Assembly (NCBI GenBank): GCA_963808625.1
Contig: CAWEHK010000029.1
Location: 96,001 to 160,000 of the forward strand
Direction: 5' to 3'
Length of the DNA stretch: 64,000 nt
Source: an uncultured delta proteobacterium
GTDB taxonomy: Bacteria > Desulfobacterota > Syntrophobacteria > Syntrophobacterales > Syntrophobacteraceae
Under the pieces are notes generated by a model. That model saw only the letters and a list, made by a program, of their open reading frames with translations. It was not told the origin of the DNA and did not search any database. A program made the translations under genes and the position numbers. Below, in pieces: positions 61,608 through 64,000 of this stretch. How positions within the stretch are numbered: position 1 is the first letter of the stretch; each line of letters starts with the position of its first letter.

Positions 61608-64000
61608 CTATTGGAGGGGCTGCATCAGCGTGAAGGGAAGCTGAAAAACTCGTTTCATGGTGCCGAGCAATCCAGAGCCGACTGCTGAAGGGGAGAGCGG
61701 GATGACGGTGGGATTGCTGAGGTCGCCGGTAACCCTAACCGGGATCGAGACCAAAGTCCCGCCCAGGATGTTGCCTATCAGTGGAATGTTGCGGACCACC
61801 GTATCCACGGTCTTGAGCGGCGACACCAGGATGGTGAAATTCAACTTTTGGCTTGTCAGGTCGATTTCTCCCGTCCAGACCATCTTGGCACACCGGCCAT
61901 CGAAGATGGCATCTTCAACCATGATCTTACTGTTTTTTAAGGCTGCTCTGACTCTGATCGAGTCGTAGGCGCATCCTTCATTGGCCAGGTCGGGGAGCCG
62001 CCCTCGGTAAATCTCGGTGAAATTGAGCAGGTCGAAAATCTTGGCCAAAATGGTTGAACGATAAACCCTGCCATCGCGGGCGAAGAGGTTCAGACTGCCC
62101 TGAAAGGTTTCACTCATGGTCTGGGGCTGCATCCTTTGCGGTTATCTCCCCTCGCAGATCGAAAGCGCCGGTGATGATGCCCTTCTTTTCCCAGAGGCAC
62201 GCAAGGGTGGAATCCAAATCCAGGTTTCGGGCATCCAGGTTGATCAAAAGAATGGGGCCCTGATCTGACGGTATAATCGACGCCGGAGTTGGAATGGTGC
62301 AAAGCCCGGCTTCTGTCACCTCAAGACGGATCCCATCCCGGGCAAATACGAGATTCGCCCGCAGCGGCTTCCACGTGTAGTGATCAAGAGTGAAGTGGCC
62401 GGCATGCACTCTCACCGTACCCCGGACCGGCAGTTCCTGGAGACTCACACCGCGCTTGGTGGCATTGCCCGCGTCCTCCCCTCCCAGCGTTTTGAGGGGA
62501 GAGAATTCCTGCAGGTGGTCCCAGTCGATTCCGTCGGCAAAAAGGTCCAGATCGAGTTGCACCTGGTCTGCGATAATGCCGGCTTTTCCCCTCAGCTCTA
62601 TTACTGAATTCAACACCCGGAACGAGGCTGTTTTAACCTCCAGCGAGTTTCCCTTTGCTTCGATGGCGGCATCCTGGAGAGTTAGCAATTCTCCTTGTGC
62701 CGGGGCGTACCAGAGGTCCTTGACGGTCAGGGTCCCGTCAGCCGTTGAGTCTTGCATTCGGGCTGGAATCAGGCGAGTGGTCAGATCTCCAGTCATCGAT
62801 CCGCCGAACAACTGGTTTCCTGCAAAAAGCCGGTCAAGGGTGCCACCGGCCAAATTCCCTTTGAACCCGAAGGCAAACTCGCCTTCCTTAAGACTGACGG
62901 CGAGTGAGGCGTTCGATTCCTGGTCCGTAATGACCAGAGGGTTTATGGAGAGTTCCTGTGCTCCAAGACTCAAGTCCATCGCAACTTCCGGTCCTCCGCT
63001 GACGCCGAAAACACTGGAGAGGCTGGTAGGAGCCCCTTTTGCCCAGATCAGACGGGTCCGCGAAGTAGACACAGGTGCGCGCAGGCGGAGGTCGCGGGGC
63101 AGGTGGATGAGATCTGAAATCCATTCCCCGGCTTGCGGGCCGATCTTGCCCTGAAAGGTGAAATCAGCGGCTTGCAGGTCTCCCATATACCCGGTAAATT
63201 TGCCGGACGCCGTTAACGATGCATCGAGGCCGGTTGCGGTGCAGTTGGCAGCCTGCAGGCTTTGCGGGGTGGCAACGATGGTTCCGCTCTTCACGCGTAA
63301 AGTGTCCGGGAGCAGGTCGGAACGGGAGATGAGCTCTTCCACCCGACCTTGCGCCAGAAAATTCCAGTCATCAGGACGGGACAGGAGTCCCTTGAAAGTC
63401 AATGAGTCGATCCAGAGGGTCCCTCCCAGGGAGCGGAGGTTCCACCGGTTGTTGCTCACGCTAGGAAACGTCATCAACCAGGGAAAAATTTCGTCCAGCG
63501 AGACTCGCGCTCTGGCGGCAGCGGCGAGTTCCAGTCTGGGGCCCCGGCTCCAATCAAAAGATCCTGAAACATCAAGCAACTCCGATTTGCCTGCGCGGCC
63601 CTGGAGCGACTTGACGGCGACCGTGGACCCTTCATAGGAAAACGAGCCGGCCTTGAGCTCCAGAGGAGAGGGAAAGCGTTGGTAGAGCCCCCTTAGATTC
63701 CAGTCGTTGACCTCGACTCGGGTTGCGATCCTCTTCAGACTGTCACCCAGAACCAGTCTTCCCGTGGCCCTGCCGGAGAGCACTCGCACGAGCGCCAGCT
63801 CGCTCAAGAAGGCCTCATCGGTCACTACCCGCGCCAGGATGGGAGGAAGTTGTGCCAGGTCCCCATCAATCTCGAGATCCAGATGAAAAGGACCATCCTT
63901 TTCGGTCAGGGCCACGGTCAGTGATCCGTTGCGGCCCGTAGAAGCATCCGCCCTGCCTCGAAGGTTCTTACCCTCCAGGATGCCGTGAGCGATGAGAACG
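61608..64000 (-). CDS. AsmA-like (YhdP/TamB superfamily) protein, C-terminal part; frameshift near 62125; 5' end outside window
   Basis: Repetitive amphipathic beta-strands. C-terminus GEIDL...VSPLKTVD..VRNIPLIG.IL...VRVTGDLSNP.V. Frame is open to the window edge. Confidence 0.8.

Overview
64-kb window of a GC-rich bacterial chromosome. The gene set suggests Desulfobacterota, probably Syntrophobacterales-like (inference). Positions 1-8031 hold a tightly coupled accessory operon that runs off the left edge: a long coiled-coil protein, a membrane-anchored coiled-coil McrB-type AAA+ GTPase with the variant NxD motif, a DUF2357/McrC-like protein with no visible PD-(D/E)xK catalytic motif, and a degenerate Hsp70-fold protein. 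This is the best candidate for an uncharacterised defence-like system. The rest is mostly housekeeping: tgpA-DUF58-moxR, purM, mltG, radC, mlaC, fabD, moeA, pilT/pilU, thiE/L/D, glpD, an M16C peptidase, aroK, RNase P RNA, ispD/ispF, cysS, csp/S4/yjgA/RRM, a P1B ATPase and an AsmA-like gene. Other notable items are an intact 2.8-kb two-gene IS (DUF4338 plus DDE transposase, 14-bp TIRs, 9-bp TSD), a decaying ~4.4-kb islet bounded by copies of the peptidase 3' end, an orphan UpxY gene with a sigma54 promoter and JUMPstart-like leader, and several families of nested palindromic mini-repeats. About a dozen genes, including fabD, carry single-base frameshifts that are most likely sequencing or assembly indels. 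All product calls come from motif recognition by eye; no database searches were run.
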